Shown here one piece after another: positions 21,725 through 34,921 of a stretch of 64,000 nt of DNA. The stretch's first letter is position 1. The number at the start of each line of letters is the position of its first letter. A program made the translations under genes and the position numbers. Where the stretch lies: the NCBI RefSeq assembly GCF_988243305.1, contig NZ_OZ547136.1. One strand, 5' to 3'. Under the pieces are notes generated by a model. The model did no database searches. It had not been told where the DNA came from and was given only the letters and a program-made list of their open reading frames with translations.

Positions 21725-22804
21725 TTAACTGTTCAAATCAGAAGTCGTATTCCCCGGTAGAACAATATTACTGGCAGCAAGTTCGCCCATGTTGTTATAT
21801 ATCGCACAGGCAGCTTCGATGATGGGCATCGCCAGAGCTGCGCCACTCCCCTCACCTAAACGCATCTCCATATTGAGATAAGGCTCCAGCCCCAAATGCG
21901 ACAGCGCTATACGCGCCCCTTTTTCTGCCGACAGGTGAGAAGGAATGAGATACGGTTTGATTGCAGGAGACATCTGGCAGGCTGCGAGCGCAGCAGCATA
22001 AGAAAGAAATCCATCCAGCAACACGGGTAAACCGCAGGAAGCAGCGCCTAACATCACGCCAGCCATTCCGACCAAATCAAATCCCCCCACTTTTGCCAGA
22101 ACATCAACGCCATCCTGCGGATTTGGTTGATTCAACGTAATCGCCCGGCGCACAACATCAATTTTATTAGCCAGTTTATCTGTCGGCAGGTTTGCGCCAA
22201 TCCCAACCACTTCTTCAGGATCCCGGCCAGTGATTGTGCTGACTATTGCCGCTGCCGGTGTCGTGTTTGCCATCCCCAGTTCACCTACACCAAACAGCGT
22301 GACACCGTTTTTTGCCAGCTCCCGCGTATAACATATGACGTCCAAAAGCAACTTTTCAGCCTGACGGCGACTCATTGCCGGAGCTGAAGCAATATTGCCG
22401 CTACCTCGTGCGACACGCATGTTGATAAGCCCGGGGATAGGCTCAGCACTATCAATACCAACATCAACTACGTGGACGTTAGCGCCCGCTTGTGCTGCCA
22501 GCACACACACGCCGGTTGTTCCGCGGGTCATATTTTCAGCCTGAATGGCTGTCACTTCTTTTGGGGAAATAGCGACCCCTTCCTCCCAGACGCCGTGATC
22601 GGCACACATAACCAGTACCGCTTTTTTGCCCACATGCGGTATGCCATTCAACCCCGGCATTCCCGCCAGTTGTATGGCAAGCGCCTCCAGCCTTCCCAGG
22701 CTACCAACAGGTTTAAGTAACCCGTCAATATGCCGTTGTGCACGCGACATAGCGGCAGGATCGATAGCAGGGATCGTATTCAGTAAATCGGCAAGTGTTT
22801 GCAT
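21725..22804 (-). CDS. cobT: Nicotinate-nucleotide:dimethylbenzimidazole phosphoribosyltransferase CobT (359 aa)
   Basis: Length and sequence family; cobU-cobS-cobT operon order. Confidence 0.9.
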   Translation of the reverse strand: MQTLADLLNTIPAIDPAAMSRAQRHIDGLLKPVGSLGRLEALAIQLAGMPGLNGIPHVGKKAVLVMCADHGVWEEGVAISPKEVTAIQAENMTRGTTGVCVLAAQAGANVHVVDVGIDSAEPIPGLINMRVARGSGNIASAPAMSRRQAEKLLLDVICYTRELAKNGVTLFGVGELGMANTTPAAAIVSTITGRDPEEVVGIGANLPTDKLANKIDVVRRAITLNQPNPQDGVDVLAKVGGFDLVGMAGVMLGAASCGLPVLLDGFLSYAAALAACQMSPAIKPYLIPSHLSAEKGARIALSHLGLEPYLNMEMRLGEGSGAALAMPIIEAACAIYNNMGELAASNIVLPGNTTSDLNS

Positions 22805-22815
22805 GTCACGTCTCT

Positions 22816-23559
22816 TTATAGCAGTGCCAGCAGGAAGACCAGTTCACCAGGCTCTATAGCAGCTCCCAGCGTATCGCCGGTTTGCCCGCCCAGCGTACGT
22901 TTGAGAAGCTGACCGAGGATGAAAATCGCCACCATCGTCACCACCATAGCAGCCACACCATGCATACCCGGCAATAATACGGCAGCAAAAATAGCGGCTA
23001 AGCCGAGTGTGACGCAGGTTTGTCGCCCATCAATTTTGCCAATGAACACATTGCCAAGCCCTTCTTCCCGGGCATAACGATGACGATACATCAATAATGC
23101 GGCAGTCCCGCGGCTGACCGCACATGCTGCCGCCAGCGATGCAAGGATCGGTTCGCCACGCAGAGCCAACTCGCTTAATACCAGAATCTTTGCCAGTACA
23201 ACAAAAATCAATGCCAGACCGCCATGGGTGCCTAAACGGCTATCACGCATGATTTCCAACATGCGATCGCGGCTACGTGCAGAAAATACGCCATCACAGG
23301 TATCGGCGAGGCCGTCCAGATGGAATCCCCCGGTCATCAGCGCCAGCACAAGTACGCTAAACAGTGCCGCCAGTGGTACGCCACACCATGCCTGCAGCAC
23401 CATGAAGACCAGCCCGCTAATCGCGCCAAGCAATAATCCAATTAAAGGAAAAGTAATAATACCGCGAGAATAATGCTCGAAATCCAGTCCCTGGGACCAG
23501 CGACGCGGTACAGGCAGACGCGTAATAAATGAGAGCATCGCCCAAAATAATTTACTCAT
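22816..23559 (-). CDS. cobS: Cobalamin 5'-phosphate synthase CobS (247 aa)
   Basis: ATG at MSKLFWAML overlaps cobU stop (ATGA); polytopic membrane protein. Confidence 0.85.
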   Translation of the reverse strand: MSKLFWAMLSFITRLPVPRRWSQGLDFEHYSRGIITFPLIGLLLGAISGLVFMVLQAWCGVPLAALFSVLVLALMTGGFHLDGLADTCDGVFSARSRDRMLEIMRDSRLGTHGGLALIFVVLAKILVLSELALRGEPILASLAAACAVSRGTAALLMYRHRYAREEGLGNVFIGKIDGRQTCVTLGLAAIFAAVLLPGMHGVAAMVVTMVAIFILGQLLKRTLGGQTGDTLGAAIEPGELVFLLALL

Positions 23560-24101
23560 TTGATTTTTACTCCAATACCCGAAACCACCAGCCATACTTC
23601 ATTTGCCGCAGCGGCCAGCTGCTGATTTACCCGCCCGGCAATATCACGAAAATGTCGTGCCAGACGACTCTCCGGCACAATCCCCATTCCCACTTCGTTA
23701 GTCACTAATACAACCTTTGCGGGGCAACGTTGGCAGGCAGCAATCAACGACTGAATCTCAGCATTAATCGCCTGTTCCATCGCCTGATAATCCCATTCAT
23801 CAGGGTCTTTATCGCCGCCATAATCAAACAACAGATTAGTCACCATTGTGGTAACGCATTCCAGCAACACAGCTTCATGCGGGTTAATGTCTGCATGAAT
23901 TAATTCATCAAGATGTTGCCAACGCTCCACCGTGCGCCAGTGCGCCGGACGGCCTTGCCGATGATGTTCTATCCGTGCAGCCATCTCGTCATCAAGGATT
24001 TGCGAGGTAGCGATATACAGAACCTGTGAAGAGTCCCCAATAAGCGCCTCTGCGTGGCGACTCTTCCCGCTCCGTGCGCCCCCCGTCACCAAAATCATCA
24101 T
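23556..24101 (-). CDS. cobU: Adenosylcobinamide kinase/guanylyltransferase CobU (181 aa)
   Basis: P-loop GGARSGKS; 181 aa. Confidence 0.9.
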   Translation of the reverse strand: MMILVTGGARSGKSRHAEALIGDSSQVLYIATSQILDDEMAARIEHHRQGRPAHWRTVERWQHLDELIHADINPHEAVLLECVTTMVTNLLFDYGGDKDPDEWDYQAMEQAINAEIQSLIAACQRCPAKVVLVTNEVGMGIVPESRLARHFRDIAGRVNQQLAAAANEVWLVVSGIGVKIK

Positions 24102-25307
24102 ACCGACTCCTGATTCAAATGTATGATGGTATTCATTGAACAGAACAATGGATCCCCCACCGTTGCTGACCGCAAAACATTTACGCGATTAATACTGCGC
24201 GTAATATAATTAAAAATCCAGCATTCTCAATCCATTACGAAATAAGATGGCATTACGGAATAGCCAGACTTTCTCGTGTTAACGTCCGACAAAATGCGTC
24301 ATTGACAGCGGTTTCTGTGGATTGACACATTTCATTCAGATAATGAATTAATGCTACTGCCGGACCAACCAGCAAACGGGCATTGTGTTCTGAAATCCAG
24401 GCTATTGATTCAACGTCAGCGACAGATCTGCGCTGTAAAAGAACTTGTAAAACAACGCAATAGAATTATCCGGAATGGTGGCGACTATGCACTAGAACAC
24501 CACAATTTCGCTCTCTCGGTAAGGCACTGTCACAGCATTCAACAGAATGTGACTTGCCAGATTTATTAGCGCCACCAGATGTTTAACCGGGTAACCACGA
24601 CCCAGTCGGGGATATATTCCATCTTCTCGCTGACATCATCAAGAATAAAAAGGTTTATCACACTCAGAGCAACGTTCTTCAGCAGGCGGGATAATTCTTC
24701 AACATTTAGAAGATGTGTTATTAAAGGCATACAAACTGGACGTATTGTATTTTCTTTTGGTGGTTGACCTAAGGTAGCAGTTTATCCTGATGCGCTGAGA
24801 TTTCTGTAATATCTACGTCAACATTCTCCTCGAATAGAAAATGCAGCCCCGGCAAGTGATTCACATTTTTTAACAAAACGTTGTTAGCGTGCCATTTTCA
24901 GAAGCTCTCCAAGAAAGCGAATTCTTTTCTCAAATTCTGCATTCTCAGACACAGCTTTCTACTCCATGGCAATGGCCCAAATACGAAGTTGCTCAGGATC
25001 ATTAGTGGTGCTGAGAAGTTAAATAACCATGCGGAGTACCACTCGTCATCACGTATTTATATATCATGAAGCTATTGTTGTGTTTTGTACATCAGTAGAT
25101 ATATTCTGATATACTCCTTTTGCTAGACATAACCTTTCACCTGCTTGCAAAGCTTCTGTGTTCTGACATTGCCAAATTGTTGCAATTCTGTATCCAGCCT
25201 TCTTTCAGTCATAGCTTCGGGCCGCGATAAGACTCACTGATCTGACCCTGATTCCTCTTGCAGACTTTATAGACCATTTAAAATGCAGTTTCGGTAATGA
25301 CTCCAAC

Positions 25308-25811
25308 TTATTGATAGTGTTTTATGTTCAGATAATGCCCGATGACTTTGTCATGCAGCTCCACCGATTTTGAGAACGACAGCGACTTCCGTCCCAGCCG
25401 TGCCAGGTGCTGCCTCAGATTCAGGTTATGCCGCTCAATTCGCTGCGTATATCGCTTGCTGATTACGTGCAGCTTTCCCTTCAGGCGGGATTCATACAGC
25501 GGCCAGCCATCCGTCATCCATATCACCACGTCAAAGGGTGACAGCAGGCTCATAAGACGCCCCAGCGTCGCCATAGTGCGTTCACCGAATACGTGCGCAA
25601 CAACCGTCTTCCGGAGACTGTCATACGCGTAAAACAGCCAGCGCTGGCGCGATTTAGCCCCGACATAGCCCCACTGTTCGTCCATTTCCGCGCAGACGAT
25701 GACGTCACTGCCCGGCTGTATGCGCGAGGTTACCGACTGCGGCCTGAGTTTTTTAAGTGACGTAAAATCGTGTTGAGGCCAACGCCCATAATGCGGGCAG
25801 TTACCCGGCAT
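25308..25811 (-). CDS. insB: IS1 InsB (made as InsAB' by -1 frameshift)
   Basis: 167-aa IS1 transposase frame overlapping insA 3' end. Confidence 0.85.
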   Translation of the reverse strand: MPGNCPHYGRWPQHDFTSLKKLRPQSVTSRIQPGSDVIVCAEMDEQWGYVGAKSRQRWLFYAYDSLRKTVVAHVFGERTMATLGRLMSLLSPFDVVIWMTDGWPLYESRLKGKLHVISKRYTQRIERHNLNLRQHLARLGRKSLSFSKSVELHDKVIGHYLNIKHYQ

Positions 25812-26005
25812 CCAACGCCATTCATGGCCATATCAATGATTTTCTGGTGCGTACCGGGTTGAGAAGCGGTGTAAGTGAACTGCAGTTGCCATGTTTTACG
25901 GCAGTGAGAGCAGAGATAGCGCTGATGTCCGGCGGTGCTTTTGCCGTTACGCACCACCCCGTCAGTAGCTGAACAGGAGGGACAGCTGATAGAAACAGAA
26001 GCCAC
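25730..26005 (-). CDS. insA: IS1 InsA (91 aa)
   Basis: [42 protein letters not shown]. Confidence 0.9.
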   Translation of the reverse strand: MASVSISCPSCSATDGVVRNGKSTAGHQRYLCSHCRKTWQLQFTYTASQPGTHQKIIDMAMNGVGCRVTARIMGVGLNTILRHLKNSGRSR

Positions 26006-26577
26006 TGGAGCACCTCAAAAACACCATCATACACTAAATCAGTAAGTTGGCAGCATCACCTGCAGTTTCTGCAGGTCAACGTCTGACCATCATTGTCATC
26101 ACTCTGGCCATTAGAGTAACCTTCTGCATTCATCCTTTTGTAAAAAGTTTATATCAGTATCAGCAATTAACCGGACCTGATACTGATATGAGTCTTACCG
26201 CATATACGGTTAATTTCAGCAATTAATTACATTATCCACGCCAAAGTATTTGTCATCACAATGATGGTACCTTCTTTCAGACACCATTTTTTCAACTCCG
26301 TTTTCCACGGACCGCACTCTTATGTCAAGAGTGCGGTCCGTGGATACAACCAGAGACCGACTGACACGAGTCAGAGGAAACGACGGATATGTTCAGTCGT
26401 AAAATATCTATCAAAAAACATGATTAAGGTCAAAAATGTTTGATATTTACAATTTATGAAGATGACAATAATTATAGACACATGAGAACATAAATGAAAA
26501 TAATTATCATTACAGCAATCTGAATCGCCACGGGTTTAACAGACACCTCAGAGTCATTTAAGATGGCTTAAAGAGAG

Positions 26578-26871
26578 GTGCCCATGAGCGGTAAGCGTTA
26601 TCCCGAAGAGTTTAAAACTGAAGCAGTCAAACAGGTTGTTGATCGCGGTTATTCTGTTGCCAGCGTTGCAACACGTCTCGATATCACCACCCACAGCCTT
26701 TATGCCTGGATAAAGAAGTACGGTCCGGATTCTTCCACTAATAAAGAACAGTCAGATGCTCAGGCCGAGATCCGCCGTCTCCAGAAAGAGCTGAAACGGG
26801 TTACCGACGAACGGGACATATTAAAAAAAGCCGCGCTCTTGATGTCAGACTCCCTGAACAGTTCTCGATAA
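26578..26871 (+). CDS. IS3-family transposase OrfA (HTH)
   Basis: [32 protein letters not shown]...; probable ATG at 26584. Confidence 0.8.
   Translation: MPMSGKRYPEEFKTEAVKQVVDRGYSVASVATRLDITTHSLYAWIKKYGPDSSTNKEQSDAQAEIRRLQKELKRVTDERDILKKAALLMSDSLNSSR
26824..26830 (+). promoter_or_regulatory. Programmed -1 ribosomal frameshift heptamer A-AAA-AAG (orfA to orfB)
   Basis: ATTAAAAAAAGCCGCGCTC at the orfA/orfB overlap, as in IS911. Confidence 0.55.
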
Positions 26872-26897
26872 TCGGGAAACTCAGGGCGCGTTATCCT

Positions 26898-27258
26898 GTG
26901 GCCACTCTCTGCCATGTGTTCGGGGTCCATCGCAGCAGCTACAAATACTGGAAAAACCGTCCTGAAAAGCCAGACGGCAGACGGGCTGTATTACGCAGCC
27001 AGGTACTTGAACTACATGGCATCAGCCACGGCTCTGCCGGAGCAAGAAGCATCGCCACAATGGCAACCCAGAGAGACTACCAGATGGGGCGCTGGCTTGC
27101 TGGCAGACTCATGAAAGAGCTGGGGCTGGTCAGCTGTCAGCAGCCGACTTACCGGTATAAACGTGGTGGTCATGAACATGTTGCTATCCCTAACTACCTT
27201 GAACGGCAGTTCGCCGTGACCGAGCCAAATCAGGTGTGGTGCGGTGATGTGACCTATA
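26898..27258 (+). pseudogene. IS3-family transposase OrfB, 5' exon (interrupted by intron)
   Basis: ...[27 protein letters not shown] then frame diverges into intron. Confidence 0.7.
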
Positions 27259-29986
<2,728 letters not shown>

Positions 29987-30249
29987 CTCGGTGGCCAGTT
30001 TTTGTTGACCACTTCACATCGCCATCCGCAAGGTAACTGTAGAAGTGTCTTAAGAGAGTGCATTGCGTTGCCCATAACTTAAAACAGCTTAGATCCTTGT
30101 TCGCCAGAAAGTTTCATCCATTTTCTTCCACCCAGGTTGCGGAAGAACCACTTTTCATCCGTCGTTGACAGATGTGAAGTATGCGGGAGAAAAAGTGAAT
30201 ATCTAACTGTAATAACTCAGACCGGTACGAGTACTCGGAACGTCTACAA

Positions 30250-30768
30250 TCATTCAGGGCAAAGTGCTAAAATTTCTCTATCCCGGGATGCCCCTACCAA
30301 CGCAGCACTCCCGGAGATATCATTACAGCTCTGCAACTGATTTCCGCGACTGAACCGCTCAGTTCCTATCCTTCCAGTTGCCTTCCTGCAGCCCCCCTCC
30401 CTGCTGTATACCCCGGTACCACAACGCGGGCAGCACTTTTCTCCTTCATAATCTTCGTCACACATCACACAAAACCACTTTCTCACCTTCACCGTATAAT
30501 CCGGAACCGTCATACCCTGCAGATGCAAACGACGGGCCTCTTTCTCTGCCGGGTCAAGCCAGGTGCATCGCAGCAGGATTTTCTCAGCGACAGTCATCTG
30601 GTCATGTTCAAACCACGGTGGTTGTCCGTCATTGCCCCGCTGAAGTGTTAACGGGCATCCACAGGACACACAGCACAAAACGTCCTGGCGGTTGTGCTTC
30701 GCTGCTTCTTTCGCCGTAACAAAATGGCCTTTGCTGTCATTCGCCATATAACAGTTCAGAATTCGCAT
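30250..30768 (-). CDS. Cys-rich hypothetical protein A (172 aa from ATG at 30768), paralog of B
   Basis: AGGAGG RBS 5 nt before ATG (MRILNCYMANDSKGHF); motifs CCVSCGC...PWFEH...FCVMCDEDYEGEKCCPRCG; ATG overlaps stop of B (ATGCGAATTCTGA). Confidence 0.45.
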   Translation of the reverse strand: MRILNCYMANDSKGHFVTAKEAAKHNRQDVLCCVSCGCPLTLQRGNDGQPPWFEHDQMTVAEKILLRCTWLDPAEKEARRLHLQGMTVPDYTVKVRKWFCVMCDEDYEGEKCCPRCGTGVYSREGGCRKATGRIGTERFSRGNQLQSCNDISGSAALVGASRDREILALCPE

Positions 30769-31163
30769 ATTTCCTCCTGAGTTGTCCGGGGAATACTGAA
30801 TCCTCCGGTCTGGCAGTGTGTGCAGTACCGCTCCCCATAATAATCGTGGTGACATTGTCTGCAGTGCCAGCTGGCTTTACGCACCACGGGTAAGGCATCC
30901 GGTACGAATTGCTGCAGACGTTTAATCAACTGTATTTCTCTGCGCTCCGGCCTGACATAAGGGCACTGTTGACCGTGCTCTGTCAGCCTGTCGTCAGTGT
31001 GTTCAAACCAGGGAAGTTCAGTGTCGTATTGCGGATGGTATCTGAGTGCACTGCCACACAAGTGGCAGGTGTAGTTAGCATAAGGTGCGGCCTGTGCAGT
31101 ACGGGCGCCCGTCAGACGTCCGTTGCCATCAAGAGCGATAAAGGATTTTGCGTACATAGTCAT
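30756..31163 (-). CDS. Cys-rich hypothetical protein B (135 aa), putative zinc-ribbon protein
   Basis: GAGGA RBS; motifs CHLCGS...PWFEH...WHCRQCHHDYYGERYCTHCQTG; stop overlaps start of downstream paralog. Confidence 0.45.
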   Translation of the reverse strand: MTMYAKSFIALDGNGRLTGARTAQAAPYANYTCHLCGSALRYHPQYDTELPWFEHTDDRLTEHGQQCPYVRPERREIQLIKRLQQFVPDALPVVRKASWHCRQCHHDYYGERYCTHCQTGGFSIPRTTQEEICEF

Positions 31164-31416
31164 ATTCCTCAGCCGCCAGACGACACGCAGGCAACAGCCG
31201 TCCCGGTACGGGCAGCGTGGTCAGGGTGTGAATGGCGGTTCAGTTAAAATCTGGACTGGAGTTTGGGTAAAGCAGGCTGGTTGCTGTTACAGCACTGTGG
31301 TTGTCACACAATGGAACACTGACGTAAAAAACAGTCAGTGGGCGAGTGGATACATCGTTGCCGCCAGACAACAACCCATACTTTTGGTTTGCCGGATATT
31401 GGCGCGCCAGTCGTGC

Positions 31417-31986
31417 TCAACTCCGGCTACAGCCAAAATTGCGCTCACCGGTGCAGTGAGCTTTGGTATGTTCCTTCGCCAGATAGTCAGCACGTTCCAG
31501 CACCTGCTGAAAGCCAGTGTCATCATCGCGTTCCAGCCACACCGCCGGCCAGGCCGGAAAATGCACCAGCGTGGCATGGCACCCGACATCCACTCCCAGG
31601 GCACTGCACCACGCCTGTTTAATCATCCCGGCCAGTGATCCCGGAGCACGGTAATCACCGGCACGACACCAGGTATCCCGGTTAACCAGCAGCATCAGGT
31701 GATAGTGTTTTTTACCTTTGCACTCCCCAAACTCCCGGGCCCAGACGTAATGCAGGGTGGTGGGATGCACGCGTTTACCTTCCCGATGCTTACGTTTCTG
31801 GTAAGCGTCGATTCGGGCTTTCAGGGCATTGATGAAGCGGGATATCACAGCTGCGTCCGTTGCTGCCGGTACATCCGGGAAACGCAGGTCAACCCGCAAT
31901 GCCGTCAGGCGGGGATGAACATTCAGTGCGTGCCGCACCGTCTCACGAATACGTTGCTGCCAGAAGGGGTTGTATTTGTAGGTCAT
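31417..31986 (-). CDS. YfjJ/YagK-like protein (inovirus Gp2-type replication-protein family)
   Basis: MTYKYNPFWQQRIRETVRHALNVHPRLTALRVDLRFPD...; GGAGA RBS before this ATG; track ORF starts at an upstream GTG. Confidence 0.55.
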   Translation of the reverse strand: MTYKYNPFWQQRIRETVRHALNVHPRLTALRVDLRFPDVPAATDAAVISRFINALKARIDAYQKRKHREGKRVHPTTLHYVWAREFGECKGKKHYHLMLLVNRDTWCRAGDYRAPGSLAGMIKQAWCSALGVDVGCHATLVHFPAWPAVWLERDDDTGFQQVLERADYLAKEHTKAHCTGERNFGCSRS

Positions 31987-32184
31987 GGTTAAATCTCCGT
32001 ATGGTTCATACGGAATAGCCACGTCGTAAAAAATGCGCAGAGTCCCTGAAGTGACCTCCGGCAGGACACTGTCTCAGGCACTCTGTGATACCCCAACTAT
32101 CGTCTCCGGACTGACGGTTGAATTTTCAGCGTTGTTTTTTTAATGTAAAAAACCGGTTACGGGTAAGGCTGTGAGGAGGGAGTT

Positions 32185-32382
32185 ATGGTGATACGCAAAA
32201 AGAAGTGCAGGGACTGTGGAAACGCGATTACTCATAATACATGTTGCCCGTATTGTGGTTCTGTCGACCCCTTCGGCTATTACCGGAATACAGACCGTAT
32301 CGTTACCATACTGCTGGCACTGATTATTGTGGTCCTGCTGACTACTGTCAGCGTCAGTGTGTATATACTGTGTAGCTGGTGA
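32185..32382 (+). CDS. Small zinc-ribbon membrane protein (65 aa)
   Basis: Strong AGGAGG RBS; CxxC-N11-CxxC followed by one hydrophobic helix. Confidence 0.4.
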   Translation: MVIRKKKCRDCGNAITHNTCCPYCGSVDPFGYYRNTDRIVTILLALIIVVLLTTVSVSVYILCSW

Positions 32383-33704
32383 GATAACGGTTCATGTATC
32401 CCCTGAGCTGACAGTGTACCGGGTATATTAAGCGTAACCGACAGGTTCTCCTTCATACCATATTAAATTTTTCCAGGTATTGCCGCTGCCTTATTTCGTC
32501 CCATACAGGAAAACTCGTCTGGGTTTCTGACAAATACGCGAAACTCACAGCCCCTCAATATCAACCACACGCTGTAAGCCGGTAATACCTGAAAATCAGC
32601 CCATTACCGCCCACGCCTCCGGCACCATTCCCTTTTGATTTCGAATTCTTTGTTGTCGCTATACCGCTTAACGTTCCCGGTATTATCCTGGTTCCCGACA
32701 ACAGGAACATATTCAGCTTTTAATAACCTGAGAAGAGCCAATAAGAATCACAAAGCGGATAACACCTGGTGCGATGCAGTTGTGATTACCGAACGCTCAG
32801 ATGACATATTTCCAGACTGAAGCGGGAACACGATCGTAAAGCTTGTTCATTGTCAGTTCTGCCAGCCAGTGATCAACCACAGAGTTGAAGGCTTCCAGTT
32901 CCGCAGAGGTAAGTTTATAACGCGTGTGGGAAATCACTTTTTCCAGCGTCTCCCGGGATGAACAACGACGGAACTGCTTTGGTTTTAACTTCCATTAGCC
33001 TCTCATCACTTTATGCTGCAATTAACGTGATACTGTCAGCATACCGCCAGACTGGCATTCTGGTACCCACCCCAAACTCATTACTCCCGAGCCACCACTT
33101 AACCGGTCTCTCAGACTGTCACTCACCAGGTCGGATATGTTTACCGCTCAGACGGATGCTTAATGCACTCTGTTCACGTACATTGCAGATACGTTTTATA
33201 TACGCGGGTTATACGCCAGCTATCAGGGATAGCGCAGTCTGTTGCTACTGCGTTCTCATCATGCCCACTGATCACACTCACCGTGTTTATTTCACATATA
33301 TGAACTCATGTATTTGATCTCATGTGTTTGATCTCTCTTATATATTTATAATACCAATCAGACAGTCTTATCCCATCGGTGATACCTGTCGCCTGCCCAC
33401 CGGACACGGTCTGCCCCATCGTAACCGCCCCGTAAATAACTCTGCAATTATCAGAACGCCAGTTTTCCCCTCTTCCTCACGAAAATCATCCCTTCTTTAT
33501 CGCGCGCGCGTGCGGAAGCATCGTTTCGTAACAACCACCCGGCATACCGGTACGGCTCAACCACCGTAACCTCCCCGTTTATCTCCTGGCGGTCACATTC
33601 CCGATTATTTTTTACGTTTCTCCCCGGTTGTTATGCCGGTGAAGGTGGTGCGTTGTTTTCATGACCACACCGGCTGGTTTAACAACATCCGGAGGAACAT
33701 TCTC

Positions 33705-33911
33705 ATGCTCACCCCAGTTTCACTGATGGATGGCCAGATGGTCGACATGGCATTTATCACTCAACTGACCGGCCTGACCGATAAGTGGTTTTACAAACTC
33801 ATCAAGGATGGTGACTTTCCTGCGCCCATCAAAATGGGCCGCAGCTCCCGATGGCTGAAAAGCGAAGTGGAAGCCTGGCTGCAGGCGCGTATTGCACAGT
33901 CCCGTCCGTAA
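33705..33911 (+). CDS. alpA: AlpA-family transcriptional regulator (about 68 aa)
   Basis: ...ITQLTGLTDKWFYKLIKDGDFPAPIKMGRSSRWLKSEVEAWLQAR (AlpA/MerR-like HTH). Confidence 0.6.
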   Translation: MLTPVSLMDGQMVDMAFITQLTGLTDKWFYKLIKDGDFPAPIKMGRSSRWLKSEVEAWLQARIAQSRP

Positions 33912-33991
33912 TTCTTAACCGTTCATCTGCAACAGACGCAGTCTCCGGCCTGCCGGCGGCGTTCTGCTGCCTGTTATCCCCCGTGAGGAAT

Positions 33992-34600
33992 ATGAAAATG
34001 AAACCACAGTATCAGACCCGTTACGAGCTGCTCCACGAAAGCTACCAGAAATGGCTGACCGGCTTCACCCGGCACGCCGTATCCTGGGGCGTGTGTCATC
34101 CGAATATCTACTACTTCCATAATCTGACGCCCGGGTGGGTGTCATTCAATGGTGAAAAACCGGAGATTGCCATCGTACCCCAGAGTCTGCACCGGCTGAT
34201 TTATGGTCCGGACAAACGGACCACGCCGCCCCTGGATGATGATCTGATAGTGAATTTATGCACCAGTGAACATCTGCTGGTTCATCATCCGATGCTGGAA
34301 GGCATTCTCCTGTCTGAATGTGAACGTCTGAGGCAGCGTTCGCTGGCAAATAAACTGATCATCCTCTTCCGTCAGTTTGGTGGCACGGAGTTGCGCCTCA
34401 AACTGGTCTGGCTTTGCTGGCTTGATTTAATGACCGGAAACTGCCTTGACGACTGGACGGAGAATCTGAAACGGAAATCAGAAAAAGAGCTGGAGGAATG
34501 GATCATCAACCGTCAGAAGCAGAGCGCAGCACTGACGGATCTGATGGATCAGTACGTGCTCCTGGCATACCGCACAACGGTTGACGATAAGCGCACCTGA
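33992..34600 (+). CDS. Hypothetical protein (202 aa)
   Basis: GAGGAA RBS before ATG (MKMKPQYQTRYELLHESYQKWL); no family recognised. Confidence 0.4.
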   Translation: MKMKPQYQTRYELLHESYQKWLTGFTRHAVSWGVCHPNIYYFHNLTPGWVSFNGEKPEIAIVPQSLHRLIYGPDKRTTPPLDDDLIVNLCTSEHLLVHHPMLEGILLSECERLRQRSLANKLIILFRQFGGTELRLKLVWLCWLDLMTGNCLDDWTENLKRKSEKELEEWIINRQKQSAALTDLMDQYVLLAYRTTVDDKRT

Positions 34601-34921
34601 TGCCAGTTGTTTCAGGGAAGCTGGTATCCGGGCAGGGTGCCAGGGCTGACTGAACGGCCTGTCTGCCTGCCGTTTCGCTCTCCGTGCGTTCTGTCACACG
34701 CTGCACCTGAACGCCGGACTGCGGGCACGCAGACAGGAAAGTCGCAGGCTGGAACTTCTGACCGGCGGGTATCAGTTATATGCCTGTTGATTCATCACCA
34801 CCACGCAGCTCCTGAGCTTTAGTTCATCACCGATATTCATACATCTGAATATCGGTGATGAAATCCCCATAATAATCAATCATCTAAGTCTGAAGCATAA
34901 TGGAGAAAAACTGCTCACCGG

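Larger units (their letters stand above)
25293..26060 (-). mobile_element. IS1 (768 bp) flanked by a perfect 9-bp direct repeat TGCAGTTTC
   Basis: Terminal inverted repeats GGTAATGACTCCAACTTATTGAT / ...AGTAAGTTGGCAGCATCACC; insA and insB ORFs; identical 9 bp at 25284-25292 and 26061-26069. Confidence 0.9.

Noticed and set aside
24351-25069. Three short plus-strand ORFs (24351-24569, 24579-24767, 24881-25069) in the cobU-IS1 gap
   Set aside because: No RBS and no recognisable domains; treated as non-coding remnant DNA.
32815-33000. Short ATG-initiated minus-strand frames (e.g. ...KVISHTRYKLTSAELEAFNSVVDHWLAELTMNKLYDRVP...) as a gene
   Set aside because: Interrupted by stops within about 50 codons in every frame; probably a decayed fragment that cannot be assigned without database comparison.
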